A stretch of 63,822 nt of DNA, filler included, from Reclinomonas americana ATCC 50394 (Eukaryota), in NCBI GenBank assembly GCA_048213135.1. It is 11 parts of 11 records of this genome, joined end to end, with 100 filler letters (N's around TTAATTAATTAA, not from the genome) between each part and the next. Parts side by side here need not be neighbours in the genome. Positions count along the whole stretch, not along the records: positions 9,437 to 13,461 come from AFZH01018077.1; positions 13,562 to 19,403 come from AFZH01018078.1; positions 19,504 to 22,261 come from AFZH01018079.1; positions 22,362 to 26,118 come from AFZH01018080.1; positions 26,219 to 30,583 come from AFZH01018083.1; 6 more parts are not named here. One strand, written 5' to 3'. This document shows, in pieces, positions 10,444 through 27,031 of this stretch; within the stretch, counting starts at the first letter, position 1, and every line of letters starts with the position of its first letter. A program made the translations under genes and the position numbers. The notes beneath the pieces were generated by a model that saw nothing but the letters and a program-made list of their open reading frames with translations, did no database searches and was not told the DNA's origin.

Positions 10444-10746
10444 ATTAGGGCGAAGGGGTTGCTGTGTTTGTGTTTGCTTGTCACAAGTCGTGGTTTAGAT
10501 TTCTCAGCAGAAACACCATTTAAGCAAGAGACATTTCGACATTTTCTCTGGTTTTTGAGATGCCTCAGTGTCTGGTGCTCGCTCAAGGTGGTGATCATCA
10601 TCCAGCTGTATTGCTGCTGGGATTAATAAAACACCACATCTCGGCTTTGTGTTTTGTTTGCCTGGCTTGGCCTTTCCCGAATTCGATATGCAGTGTACGA
10701 TCGCAGAAAACGCTATGCGTCTTATGCAAGTGCGTCAAATCCACTG

Positions 10747-11167
10747 GTCAACCACGCTTATGCGGTGAAGATCGCAGTTCTCGACTTGTTCGGAGATCCG
10801 AGAGAAAGCACACACACACACACAAGAAACCTGCTGCTGCCTCAACTACAACAACAACAATTCATTCACCAACAAACGAGCAACAGCTGTCTTGATGACC
10901 AAGTTCAACCGTTTCCAAAACATCAACACAGACACCAATCTTGAGGCAGCAGCAGGTTCCTTGTGTGTGTGTGTTCGCTCTCGGAGCTCCGAACAAGTCG
11001 AGAACTGCGATCTATTAATCGCATAAGCGTGGTTGACAGCTGCAGATTGGTGTCTGTGTTGATGTTTTCGATACGGTTGAACTTGGTCATCGAGACAACT
11101 GTTGCTTGTTTGTCGGTGAATGTTGCATTATTGGAATGTGGTGAATGAATCGTTGTTGTTGTTGTTG
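10747..11167. repeat. Interleaved inverted repeat A-B-A'-B'
   Basis: A (10747-10845) matches the reverse complement of 10941-11037; B (10846-10940) matches the reverse complement of 11044-11167. Confidence 0.85.
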
Positions 11168-11265
11168 GATACATGTTTGATTTGTAAAAACGCAAGTCTA
11201 CAGTCAACTTACAGCATTTGTCTGAAAATCACTGTGAGAAGTCAACAAACGGTGAGAAGTAAACG

Positions 11266-14166
<2,901 letters not shown>

Positions 14167-14661
14167 TCACAGGGTCAATGCAGTGTTTTCGCGCGCATAA
14201 ATTAAATGCAAAATTTTGTGCGCACACCCCCACATAAACCATCCACATACCTCGCTCCTCTCACAGCGTAGCCGTCACTCTTTTGTAAGCCCCATAATCC
14301 ATGCAAGTCCGAGTTCTCGGAACGATTCCGAACACATCACCCCAGCAGCAAGCAGCAGAAATCCTATCGTGTGGCTCACTACATTACAATCGCCACATAA
14401 TATACATCGCCTCTCTCTCACGCATGTCACAAGACACACAAGAAGGCGCGGCAATTTCATGTGCAATTTAGCGAAATTGAGGCGGCAACGGACCAATCGC
14501 CGACACAAGGGCATCCGCACACACACGAAAGAGGGGACGACAGTGAGAGAGAGTCGAGTATTTGGTCACTCAGTCAACGCGCGCGTGTGTGTGTGTGAGA
14601 GAGAGAACAAGAGAGAGAGAGAGAGAGGTGCGCGTGTGTGTAAGAGAGTGAGAGAGAGAGA

Positions 14662-17600
14662 ATGGCAAGTCAACCTGTTCCGCAGTCGATTGACGCATCA
14701 TGGGCGGAGCGAGTGGTGGGCGACGTGGTCCCGCCCACACGCTATGTGCCAGAGAGCAATGTCGTCTTCAAGAGCGGAGGTGAACACACACACACAAACA
14801 CACAAACACACACTCAACAGAAAGAGAGAGAAATGCATGTTGCTGTTGTGCGCCTCTCTCTCTGTGCGTGTCTGTCACAGTGAGAGTGCGTGCCTGCGCG
14901 CGCGCGTGTCATGCCTTTTGCTTTTCAGTTTGTGTGTGAGTGTGACACACAAACACAAACTGAGACTTTCACTCACACACACACGTTGTTTGCTCTCCCT
15001 CGCGCGCGCACACACTAACACACACTGTCTGCTTGCTCACTCTCACTGTCTGCGTGTGAGCACACGAGGGCGGGGGCGTGTTTGTGTCGCGCATTTTCGT
15101 TTGCGCGCGCACAAACACAAACACTCTCTCTCTCTCACGCACACACACACTGCTCATACACACTCTCACACACAGAGAGAGAGAGATACACACAGAGCGC
15201 GTTTGTGAGAGCATGCGTGTTACTTTTTTGGAATGTGACTTGCCGTTATGACAATGATGATTGACTGACATGAGTGTGTCTTTGTTTGTGCTTGTGTAGA
15301 CCCGTCGCAACCCGACTATGATTTTCTGCGTGGGCATTTTGCGCGGGAAGGGCGGATTATGGTGGCAGATGCGTTGGCGATTGTGCGAGCGGCGACTGCG
15401 TTGTTGGCGGTCGAGGAGAATGTGTTGCACTTGGAGGATCCCATTACAGGTGTGAGAGGCGGGGAGGAGGGATGAGGGGAGGGAGAGAGTTGGCGGTCTC
15501 TCTGACACTTGGCCAACTCACGTACATGCGGAGATTGAGAGATTTGGGGGTGCGAGTGCAGTTGCTGCAATAGGCGGTGGTGCTGGAAGCGCGTCACACA
15601 CACAGGGGAAAGAGGGAGACGAGAGGGTCCAAGTGCAGCCGCACACGCATGCACGGGCACTGTGGGTGCAAGCGCGCACGTTGCAGTAGTCACGCGACGG
15701 CACACAGGAGACAAAGGGGTGCAAGCACACGCACGCACAGAGAGAGAGACAGGGGTTAAAGCGCAGCAGTTGCTGTAGAGCACCCTTCTCGCACGCGTTG
15801 GGAGCTACGCACGCACACACGGTGAGAAACACGGGTGCCAGAACACGCACACACACACACAGAGGTGTAAGCGCAGCTGCTGTTAGAGAGCATCCTTCTC
15901 TCACGTGTCAGCAGCAACGCACGCAGACACTCAGTGAGAAACAAAGAGGTGCAAGCGTGTACACACACAGAGCAGATACTTCTCGCTCGCGTCAGGAGCA
16001 GCACACGCACTTACAGTGAGAACAAGGGTGTTCCCGCGCACACACGCAAGGCACATAGAAGGAGAAGAGGTTCGTTCTGTTACTGGAAGCGAGTGAATGC
16101 TCACTGCAGCCGCTGCATTGGCGCGCTCCTTCTGCCTGTCGCGCGTGGAAGTCTTTCGTCGCCGAGCATGACTTTCTTCTGCTGCTCCTCCTCTTGTTCA
16201 TCTCTTTGTGGCCTGCTCTCGTACTCGCTGGCCACTCTGACCTCTCTGCCGTCTCTTTCACGCATCACTCTCTCGTTCTCGTTACCAATTTTCTGTTACC
16301 TGTCTCTCACACACACGCGCGCACGCGTGCCGTCTTTCCCTGTTCTATTCGACCCTTCGTCTGCCGTAACTTCTCGCTTTCTTCTTTCTGTTTCTCCGTT
16401 CTCCTGTTTCACCCTCTCGATATCCTCGTTAAGTCTTCCTCTTCATTTTACTTTTTTGTTGCTCCCTCTCCCTCACTCACCCCTTGTACCCTCGTCCATC
16501 ACCCTCGTTTCTTTCCTCCCGTCGTCTCTCTCTCTTTCCCCTTCTCTCTTTTCTTTCCCTGCATCACCTTCTCACACATCCCTCCCCTTCTCCCCCCGTG
16601 TACCCTCATCCATCACCCTCGTTTCATTCCTCCCGTCTCTCTCTCTCTCTTTCCCCTTCTCTCTTCTCTTTAACTGCATCACCTCCTCACACATCCCTCC
16701 CCTTCTCCCCCCTTCAGTGTGCGGCGACGTGCACGGCCAGTTCTTCGACCTGGTCAAGCTGTTCGAGGTCGGCGGCAGCCCGATGAACACCAAGTACCTG
16801 TTCTTGGGCGACTACGTCGACAGGGGTGCGTTGTCTCACGCACTCTCCCCCCATTGTCTGTTCTCGCACGGAACCTGACACGTCGTGGTGCGCAGGGTAC
16901 TTTAGCTGCGAAGTCGTCATTCTCATGCTGGCCATCAAGATCCGGCATCCGGACACGTTTTACATGCTCCGCGGAAACCACGAATGCCGCCATCTGACGG
17001 CCTACTTCAACTTCAAGGCCGAATGTTGCGTGCCTTTTTCTCTCTCTCTCTCTCCCTTTCCATCCTTTTTCTCACCCTCTCCTCTCCGTCATTCAGGCAT
17101 TCACAAGTACAATGAGGAGTTGTACGACGAGGTCATGACGTGCTTTGACCAACTGCCGCTCGCCGCCATTGTCAATGGACGATTCTTCTGCGTGCACGGT
17201 GGACTGTCTCCCGAGGCCGACACGGTCAAGGCCATCTCCGACATTAACCGCTTCCGCGAACCGCCGCAATCAGGCGCCATGTGGTGCGTCCCTTTTGGTC
17301 GCAACTGTCGGCAGTGCGTGCGTCGCTCAAAATCTTGTGTGCAGCGACATTTTGTGGTCGGATCCAATGCGTGAGGAGGAGGAGGAGTATCTGGGCGACT
17401 CGTTCTACTCGCAGAATGACATGCGCGGTTGCTCGTACGTGTACAGCTACAAGGCAGTGGTCAAGTTCCTCAAGAACAACCACCTCTTGTGTGTCATTCG
17501 TGCGCACGAAGCGCAGGACGAAGGGTGCGTGTGGTTGCAGAGGGAAAGGGATAAGAGGGGGTGTAGATGAGAAGGGGGACGCGAAGGGCAAGAAAGGGAG

Positions 17601-19143
17601 GCGGTGCACCATGATAGGAAAGAGGGTGGCGAAGATTGTGCGCCTCGACGCAATGCCCAGCACACGCAACTGAAAGAAAGCATGACAATCCAGAAGCGAA
17701 ACACCAGATATCTTGCTGATTTCTTCGTCTTTTCTCTTGTCTCTCTCAGGCCGTGATACGCAGCGATCATCACGTCTCGATTTCTTTTTTCCGTCCTTTC
17801 TTCTTTCTCGCACTGTATCTTGTTCCATTTCGCTCTCTTTCACGCACATCCCACCCCTGCGCGCCTCTCTCCCTTCCCTCAGTCACATACTCTGCTTTCG
17901 TTCACAGTCGTGTACGTCTTATTTTTCACGTCTCTCATCCCATTTGCTCTCTCTCTCTCTCACTCACTCTCGTCACATTTTTCACGCGTCGGTGTCTCCT
18001 TACCTCGTTCACTTGTTACCTCTCTCTCTCACAGACATGCACGCACACACACACACACACACGTGCATTCTTATACTTCTCAATCTTTACGTCAGGCTCC
18101 ACTCTCTTTTCTCTCTCTTTCTCACACACACACTCACCTTCCTCCACTCAGTCTTTATAAAGTCTCGGCCCCTAATCGCGTCCCTTTCCTTCTTCTTCTC
18201 TCTTTCTCTCTCTCTCTTTCGCTTTCTCGCACGCACAGTCACGCTTCGCAGTCTTACTTATCCTGTGTCGCCCCACTTCCCCTCCCCCCTTATTTTCCCT
18301 TTCCCTTGTATCCCTTCCCCTTACACCCCTTCCCCTCATTTCCCTTTCCTCCCCCACAGCTACCACCTCTACAAGAAGGTCCCGTCCACCGACTTCCCCT
18401 CCGTCATCTGCATCTTCTCCGCGCCAAACTACTGCGACATGTACAACAACAAGGGAGCCGTAATCCGCTTCCACAACAACCTCATGAACATTCGCCAGTT
18501 CAACTACTCGCCCCACCCGTACTGCTTGCCGAACTTTGCCAATGCCTTCTCGTGGTCGCTGCCGTTTGTGGCCGAAAAGGTGACGGAGATGTTCCGAGTG
18601 ATTTTGGATTTGGTGGAGGACGGTCCCGACGACGACACCTCGGATGAGGAGGAGGCCTCAACAGGCTCCTCTTCCTCCGCCGCCGCCGCGGCCATGGCGA
18701 TTGTGGCCGCCACTCCCGGCTCTGGGTCATCCTCGTCGGAGGACCTCGCCGCTCGTGGTGAGGTCATCAAGAGAAAGATTCGCGCCGTCGGTCGTCTGTG
18801 CCGCATGTACACGGTGTTGAGGTGTGTAGCGTTTGAGGGCAAAGGGCAATGATCGTCAAGATGCTTACATTCTCTCTTTCGGCATGCAGACAAGAGAACG
18901 AAAATGTGGTGTTGCTGAAGGGTCTGGCCGGTGGCGCACTGCCGCAGGGTCTGTTGCAGGGTGGCGCTCAGGCGATTCGTCAAGGTGCGCCCTCTTTCTG
19001 TGCAAAACCTCTCATTCTTGGCTTCTCACGCTCCATTCGCACGTGTTGCAGCTGTGGCCGACTTCCAAAAAGTCAAGGAGCTCGACTTGCCCAACGAGGC
19101 CAGACCCCCGTCCCCGAGTGGAGTCGGGCACGGCCGATCGTAA
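14662..19143 (+). CDS. CNA1: Calcineurin catalytic subunit A (PP2B)
   Basis: [92 protein letters not shown]; CaM-binding [20 protein letters not shown]; autoinhibitory [16 protein letters not shown]. Confidence 0.96.
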
Positions 19144-19984
19144 CTTGTGCATGCGCAGTTTGATCACGTCCGTCCTGTCGTTGTTAGTCCCACCTGCCTA
19201 TATTTCTACTCTCCCTTTCTCTGTCTCTCTTTGCTGCAACGATGGACTGTTCTTTTTTTGTCCTGCTCCTCTGCATGTCACGCAAGAATGGTGGACGCGT
19301 GTGTTGGCCGTGCAAGCGTCTTTTGTATTGAGTGTGGTTACGTGAGAGTCTGTATGCAATTGTTTTCTCTCGCCGCTTGCCCGTCGCCCCGCGTGTATGT
19401 GTGNNNNNNNNNNNNNNNNNNNNNNNNNNNNNNNNNNNNNNNNNNNNTTAATTAATTAANNNNNNNNNNNNNNNNNNNNNNNNNNNNNNNNNNNNNNNNN
19501 NNNGGTTCCAGTCTGTAATAGGGAAAGGGGGTAAGAGGGAAGGGGGTTTGGAGGAGAAAGGGAGGGGGCAAAGAGGAGAGGGATTAGGGAGGAGAAAGGG
19601 AAAAGGGAAGGGGGCAATGGGGAACGGAGACATGGGGCAAAGGGACAGAAGGTGAGAGAGTAAAGAGGATCAAGGCGAGAGGGAGGAAACAAAGATAACG
19701 GGGAAAGTGAAGGGCAACGGGGATTGAGGGGGCCAGGGAGAAGAGGGCACTTGGGTCAAAGAGGAAAGAAAGGGGCAGTGGGGATACACGCAGAAGGGCA
19801 AGGGACACTGGAGAAAACGGGTCAGGATGGGGCAAAGTGGGTTGGCGGGGAAAGGGAGGACGAGAAACTACAGAACAATAACATGGCGATGGCAGGAGTA
19901 ATGGTGCAACAGAGAGGAGAGGGCGAGAGAAAAGAACTGATGCTGAACAACACAGAAAGTAACGCTTCTCTTCAAAAACGCACC

Positions 19985-22900
19985 AGTTCCATTGCGGTAA
20001 TCGGCATGACTGTGTATATCGAACGCGGTAAGACACACACACACTCAACACGAGCTTGTTCACGAGTCCGCACCTGATGATCAAACTGCTGCGGAACTTG
20101 CGCAGGTCGATGACATGCATCAGCTGATCGCGTGAGTTCGTCAAGCAGCGGTTGCCGTCTGTGCAACCAGTGTCAGTGTCTACCTCTTCGTACTCTGCTT
20201 CTCCCTCTCCCTCTCCCACATACCTGGGAACATGGCGAGTCCGGTGATGCGCGACGTGTGAATATCCGACACCTCCGCCGTGAGGTCCGACGATCGCACA
20301 TCCCACACGCGCAGCTTGCCGTCAAAATGGCCGGAGATGAAGGTCGACGAGTCCAGCGGTGAGATGAGATCGTGCACCGTCGACAAGCACGCCCGTGTCT
20401 GTGCACGGAGAAAATGTGAGACTGCACATCAAATATACATGCACTATTGCGCTCATACCTTGACCAGCGTGCCGCGATTGGTGTCCCAGATCTTGAGGGT
20501 GCGATCGCTCGAGCCGGTGACCAGCAGAGAGCTGTCCGACGAAAAATCACCCGCCAGCACCTTGTTGGTGTGGCCCGTCAGCGTGTGCTTGACGCGCGAC
20601 GTGGCCAGTGTCCACACACGCGCCGCCATGTCGTTGCAGGTGCCAAAGGCAATGTCGCCGCGCGCCGAAATACCCACACGCATCACGCCCATTGTGCTGC
20701 CGTGCAGTGTCTTGTCCGGATTGACTGTGCGCGGAGATCGAAGAGTCAGTGCCAAGAGCACGGATGATTGCACGCGCTCACGCTGACGCACATGATGCGC
20801 CGTCCCACAGCTTCACTGTCTTGTCCGACGAGCCGGTGATCAGCAGGCCGCCAGACAGGCTGAACGCACAGCTGTTCACCTCGCCGTTGTGCGCGTTCTG
20901 CTCGATGCCATCCACAAGTAAATATATGTGTAAGACACGACAATCGAATTTCACCACTGACGCAACAATGCGCAGTCGAACGCGGGTCGGTGGTGCAATG
21001 GCCGACGACTTGGCCAGCGTGGGTGGCGGACCGGAACCGGAGGCGCCGTCCTCGTCCTCCTCGCCACCCACGGGTGCCCCGGTGGGACTCCGCATTGACT
21101 CGCGCAGCGCTCTCTCCATGCGCAGTGCGTCGCTGAGTTGGCCGACCTCGTTCATCATGCGCGCCTGCTCCTCCTTGGCGGCCAGCAATTGTGTGACGAT
21201 TTGCACGTTCTCTTGCTTGAGGCGCGACACTTCGTCCTCCATTAGTCGTCGGTGTTCCTTGAAGGAGAGAGAGATTGGTGAGGGGGAAGTAAGGAGGAGA
21301 GGGGTGGTGGGTGGAACATACCACCAATGACTCGCGCTCTGTCAGCAGGGCGGCGTTGTCGGCTTTCAGGGCGGCCATTTCGGCGTCGCGGGCTTGGTAG
21401 GCGGCGCGGGCTTGGAAGGCCTCGGCTTCCATGGAGGCGTAGCTGATATTTGGGAGGAAGGGGGATGAGGGGAGAATGAGAAGGCAGGGAAGGGAGGGGG
21501 AGGAGCAGATGGTGAGAAAGACAAAGTGAACGCCAGCAAAGAGTGGAGGCAAATCGTGTGCGGAAGAAGGAACGTGTACTACGGACGAGCAAAAAGAGAG
21601 CTGGACGCACAACAGAGAGAGAGAGAGAAACACAGACGCTCTTGCGTATCGATTCATGCAGTACGAGTTGATGAAGAAGTGCAGAAAAATTAAGAGACAT
21701 GGCCACAGGGCTGACAAGAGTGAGGAATCGAGAATGTACACAACGCGCGAGTGTCAGAGGACGGAAGGTGGACACCTTCCAGGTTTAATCCACGCAGGGA
21801 ACATGCCGACTCACCGCGTCTCCATTTGTGCCAGTCGCTGCTCCATCGACTTGACCTCCTCTGTCGCCTACAGCGGGGGATTTTCAGTCACCGCCGCCGT
21901 CACTCCATTCAGCATGCACACAGACCTTGATGTGCTTCTCGTTGAGCAGCACCTCCTTGCGGAAGTGCGCCGTCAACTCGTCCTTTACTTGCCGCAATTC
22001 GTTCTCCAGCTCGGCCACACGTGCTTGCGTGGCGGGCGTGTCCACCATTCTGACAAGAGAACACAGGGTGGGTGTGCGGAAGGGAAGAGGAAGGGTGATT
22101 CAGATCATGATGCTCTTGTGTAGAAGGACACGGTCTGCCTAACGCTCACTCCATGTCTCTCTTCTTCGAGTTCACGAGAGATATCGATAGCACGCCTCCT
22201 CTCTCGATCCAGTTTGTTCTCCTACAGTGCATTATCTCTCTCTCTCTCTCTCTCTCTCTCTNNNNNNNNNNNNNNNNNNNNNNNNNNNNNNNNNNNNNNN
22301 NNNNNTTAATTAATTAANNNNNNNNNNNNNNNNNNNNNNNNNNNNNNNNNNNNNNNNNNNNCACCTCTCTTCCTTCCCCTCCTCCTCCCTCCTCTCTCTC
22401 TCTCCCTCCCTTCTCCCAACTCTCACCTCCCCGACGAGGCACCATCCAACTGCGACTCCAACTGCGTGTTCCGCGTCTGCAGAAAGCGCATGTCCTTTTG
22501 CAGACGACTGCGTTCTGTTCCGAGCACTGTCAACTCTCGCAAAACCCGGTTATCTGCGCAGAGAAAAAAGAGGAGAGGTCAATTACACAACACACACACG
22601 GAAAGAGAGAGAGTGAGAGAGAGAGAGAGAGAGAGCGAAGAGAGACACAGAGAGAGAGAGAGAGAGCGAGAGAGACAGGCAGATAGAGAGAGAGAGAGCG
22701 AGAGAACGAGAGAGAGACAGAGAGTGAAGAGAGACAGAGAGTGAAGAGAGACACAGAGAGAGACAGACAGAGACAGAGACACACACTCTCACACTCTCAC
22801 TCTGTCTCACTCTCTCTCTCTCTCTCTATGTTGTTTGCATACATTCATCAAAGAGTGTGCGATATGGTTTGCACTCGAGGCCATCGCGATGATGCAGACG

Positions 22901-22996
22901 CTGTGTGCACAGAGTGAGTGAGTGAGCACACACACACACAGAGAGAGAGAATGCGTGTTGTCAGAGAGGCACCTTGAGAACATTGGCGCGCCACAT
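19985..22996 (-). CDS. ATG16: ATG16 (ATG5-binding helix + coiled coil + WD40); spans gap 5, last exons probably in gap 4
   Basis: N-terminus MWRANVLK|RLHHRDGLECKPYRTLFDEY|NRVL; coiled coil LKQENVQIVTQLLAAKEEQARMMNE; WD40 repeats AHNGEVNSCAF..TGSSDKTVKLWD, TLTGHTNKV..TGSSDRTLKIWD, ISGHFDGKLRVWD, LTNSRDQLMHVIDLR. Confidence 0.88.
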
Positions 22997-23297
22997 ATTG
23001 ACAACAGGAGAAATCGTCCTGTGAGACTTTGAAAGATGCAGTGCATTCGTGTGAGCAACTGGCATTCGCTCGCGTGATGCACCACCGCGCGGAGGAGGAA
23101 AAGGCAACGAAAGAAGGAGAAAACACAGTTTTTTTTTGCATGTGAACTTCGAGCAGCGCTAGCTCGACGTCGAGATGCAGATGGTACTGCGGTGTGTTTC
23201 ATGGTGAAGGAGGTGCAAGTGGTGGTGCATCGGTGCTTGGAGTTGCAACAGTGGTTGTGATGGATGGAGAGAGAATGAAGGGCGACGAGGGACTTGC

Positions 23298-24380
23298 ATG
23301 ACACTCAATTGTGCTTCGGCCTGTAATCGAGTCAGATGGCGGCAGCGGAGAGTGAGGGCATCGGTGAGTGGCGCGTCCTACTGCCATGCGTGTGAGCTGG
23401 TGCAGGCGTTGCGCAGCGAGCAGCCAATGAGAAACGCGAATGAGAGGCGCGCGATGGACATTAACGCGCAGACTGCGCGCGCGCGCACACACATATGAGG
23501 GAGACAACACGGCACTCATTGTGCGTGTCTCCGACGAACAGTGTACGCGGTGGTGGCACGCGGGTCGACCATTCTGTGCGACCAGGCGACCAAGGCCGGC
23601 AACTTTCAAACTGTGACCGAGCGCATTCTGGAAAAGGTCGCCGAGGAGAACCGCGTCTCTGCCAGTGCGCCCTCAGAGGTAACCTCACAAAAGGAAACAA
23701 GCAACTATGATAGGAAGACAAGGGCAGTTGAACTGACTGACTTGTTGATGCACATAGCGCCGCATGTCGTATTTGTATGACTCGTATGCATTCCACTTTG
23801 TGGCCTCGGGCGAGCTGGTCTCCCTCTGCCTGGCCGCACAAGGTGCTCCTTCCACTTCTCCTTCTTCTCCTTCCTCATGTGTCTCTCATTACCGCATGTG
23901 CAGACTTTGGACGAACGCGACCATTTGCGTTCTTGGCCGACCTGCAGAACCGCTTCTTGGCCACGTACGGACGCAAGTGGCAGACGGCCAGCAAGCGCGA
24001 GATGCAGTCGGGATTCAAGCGCGTGCTCGAGAAGCAAATGGTCTTGGTCTCTTTCTTCCTTCTGTGCAGCGACAGAGTGCTCACGTGCATCTGTTGACAG
24101 GACTACTTCTCCAACAATCCCAACGCCGATCGCATTCGCAAAGTGCGCGGTGAGATCGAGGAGGTGAAGAACATTATGACGGACAACATCGACAAGGTGT
24201 TGGCGCGTGGTGAGAAGATTTCACTGCTGGTGGAGAAGTTGCGGGATGGCGTGAGAACGCGGGGGCGGAAGCGACTGGTGGGGACCTGACGTTGTGTTTG
24301 TTGTGTGTGGCAGGACTGATGCACTGCAGACAAACGCCACCAGCTTCCGGCAAAGGTCGACCACGCTGCGGAAGCACATG
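23298..24380 (+). CDS. VAMP7: VAMP7-type longin R-SNARE (no transmembrane exon found; start tentative)
   Basis: Longin domain YAVVARGSTILC..GNFQTVTERILEK..RMSYLYDSYAFHF..DFGRTRPFAFLADLQNRF. SNARE motif with R layer DRIRKVRGEIEEVKNIMTDNIDKVLARGEKISLLVEK|TDALQTNATSFRQRSTTLRKHM. Confidence 0.88.
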
Positions 24381-26593
24381 TGTGTCAAGTTTTCAATGGG
24401 GTTTGAGGGAGCAGAGGTGGGCGGTGAAGGCAGTGGCTCAGCCTCTGCTGCTCCTTATCTTCCCGCTCACATCAATGATGGCGAGAGTGAGGTTGTTCTT
24501 GAGCAGCAAGTGATGCGACTCTCAGGTGACACTGGTGAGGAACAATACGTGTTTTCTGTGGTGCGCGCGGTGCATCGTCGTCGTCCATCGGAGGTGGGAG
24601 AGAGGGAGGAGGATGTAAAGCCACCACGTGTGTGGATGGAGCAAGTCGCGCAAGAGTCGCGGGTGTTGGCGGACGAGTATCTGTGTCCAGTGTGTTTGGT
24701 GAGTGCCAGTGTGTTTGGTGAGTGTGTGAGGAGGAGAGGAAAGGAAGAGAAGAGAAGTGAGAGAGGGAGGGAGAGAAGGAGAGCGAGAGTGATGAAAGGG
24801 AATGCTATGAGGCTGCTGACGATTGCGGTCAGAGAGTTCTTCTCTCGACGAGACTGCTGATGAGAAGAACGGTGGATGGATTGTGAGAGGAGAGATGGAG
24901 GGCGAGCGAGAGTGCGTGCTTTCCGTCTCTCTCTCTCTCTCTCGTTGGCTCGTGACTGACGAACATGACTCTCCTCTTGCTCCAGGATCTGTGTGCTCCG
25001 GATTTCGTGTTGTGTGCCAGCGAGTTGCATCACTTGTGCCGGTGAGCGGCACAGAGAAGCTGTCCTTCTCTCTCGTTCTGCAAACGCACTCTCTCAAGAC
25101 TCGCATGCAGTGAACACGTGACGGAGGCTGGAGTGGATCTGTGTGGCGATGGTGTCACATCTCTGGCCACAGCGAAGGAGGTTCCACGTCGATCTGTGCT
25201 GGCGTATGGCAGCGTGAAGGTCGATTGAGTGTTTCGTGCGCGCATGGTTGGTTTCGTGCTGACATGAAAGAGCACCACAGATTACATGCCCACTGTGCCA
25301 CGCACCCATGGTTTGTGTTGATCCTTTTGCTGTTTTCTTGCTGTCTCTCTGCTCACTGTGTGTGAGGAACAGACGGTGGGCGACTATTACCGCACACATG
25401 GCCCATCACAGTGTCCGTATGCATGTGAGAGATGCGGACAGCAGCTGACGCTCGATCGCATGGCGGAGCACGAGTGGAGTGGGTGCTTGCGCGAGTGTCC
25501 ACTGGGGTGTGGAGCACGGATGGCACTGTGCGAGATGGTGGAGCACAGCTGGAGTGGGTGCATGCGAGCGTGTCCGCGTGGCTGTCAGCAGCTGTGTTCG
25601 CTGGCGGATATGCAGCGGCATCTTGGTGAGTGTGCTGAGGAAGAGAGGGATGTGTTATGACACTGATGTTCTCTTGTGCCAGAAATGGAGTGCCGACTGC
25701 AGCACACCATGTGTCGTGGTGGTGAACTGGGGTGTGGCTGGCGTGGTGTAATTGGTGAGAGGGAGGAGCATGAGCGAGTGTGTGATGTGTTGCGAGTGGA
25801 GAGACCACTGCGAGAGGTGAGATCTAGATTATTGAAGTGGGTGCTGCTGGTCAACTCATGCAGCTGATGTGGGTTGTGTTTGTGTGCACAGCTACATGAC
25901 AGAGTGCGAGAGCTTTCTCAGATTATGGCTCTGGAAAGAGAGGCGCGACAAGCTGAGATGCAAGCCGCTGATGATCGACTGCTCGCGGAGCAGCGCGCGA
26001 GGCAAGCGATTGAGGAGCAATTAATTCGTGAGCAACAAGCGAGACAAAAGACTGACGACCGTCTTGGCGATTGTGTGGGAATGCTTGTCGAGTGTCGTGA
26101 GCAACTCGCCTCTGAGCGNNNNNNNNNNNNNNNNNNNNNNNNNNNNNNNNNNNNNNNNNNNNTTAATTAATTAANNNNNNNNNNNNNNNNNNNNNNNNNN
26201 NNNNNNNNNNNNNNNNNNAAGTCGTCGACGGGTCGAGTGTGTGGCGGGCATACGCCTGTCTCGTGGCATTCTCCTTCGTCGGGTGTTGGCGTCGCCGATC
26301 CATCTGGCACCAGCTTCGTGTTTTCGGCATCGTGGAGTGGTGTAAGTGCGCGACGCTTTGCACTGCGAGTCGATAAGAGGCACGAGGCCGTTCTTCACGG
26401 CTCTTCATATGGACCTACCTTCGGAATCAGCAATCCGGATATACTGTTGTATGACGGCTGCAACCGCATCGACGGCGGCTTCTGCCAACCCTATGCGTAC
26501 CAGAGCACCGACGGCGGAGCATATGGCAGCACGACACTGATGGGATCTCAAGACTTCCAAGTGGCAGACTACGAAGTCTTCCTCGTCGAGTGA
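24381..26593 (+). CDS. Degenerate RING + TRAF-type zinc fingers + coiled coil + (after gap 6) TLDc domain
   Basis: DEYLCPVCL|DLCAPDFVLCASELHHLCR; CPLGCGARMALCEMVEHSWSGC, CPRGCQQLCSLADMQRHL, CRGGELGCGWRGVIGEREEHERVC; coiled coil. TLDc: GRVCGGHTPVSW..DPSGTSFVFS..SSYGPTFG..QDFQVADYEVF. Confidence 0.72.
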
Positions 26594-27031
26594 AACGTCT
26601 TGCTCATCGCGCTCTTCAGCTCCACCGCATCGTGTTCCGACCCACTAATCGTAATCTACTGCACACCTCTTCGCCGTGCATGTACAGTATCTGCAAATAC
26701 TTTGCAAGGTCTGCATGTTAACCACAGAACAAAGTCGGCCTCCGACATGATCTGGACCTTTTTCGCAAGCAGCACTCATGACCACGTGCACGGGCAGTCG
26801 CGATCGGCGATATCGCAACGTTGCGATTGCATGCGCAAATTTAAACCAATCGCAATATCGGCATGGCTAGACGGCGCAGCACGAAGGTGGGGTGTGCACG
26901 TAGCTGGCGACATGCACATGCATTCATGTTCCGGCGCACAACTGCGCTCACTTCAGAGACCGCAACTTCGTTATCCCACATAAATCTCTAATCGTCCTTG
27001 CCTTTGTCCTTTCCCCTTCCCCTTCCCCACC

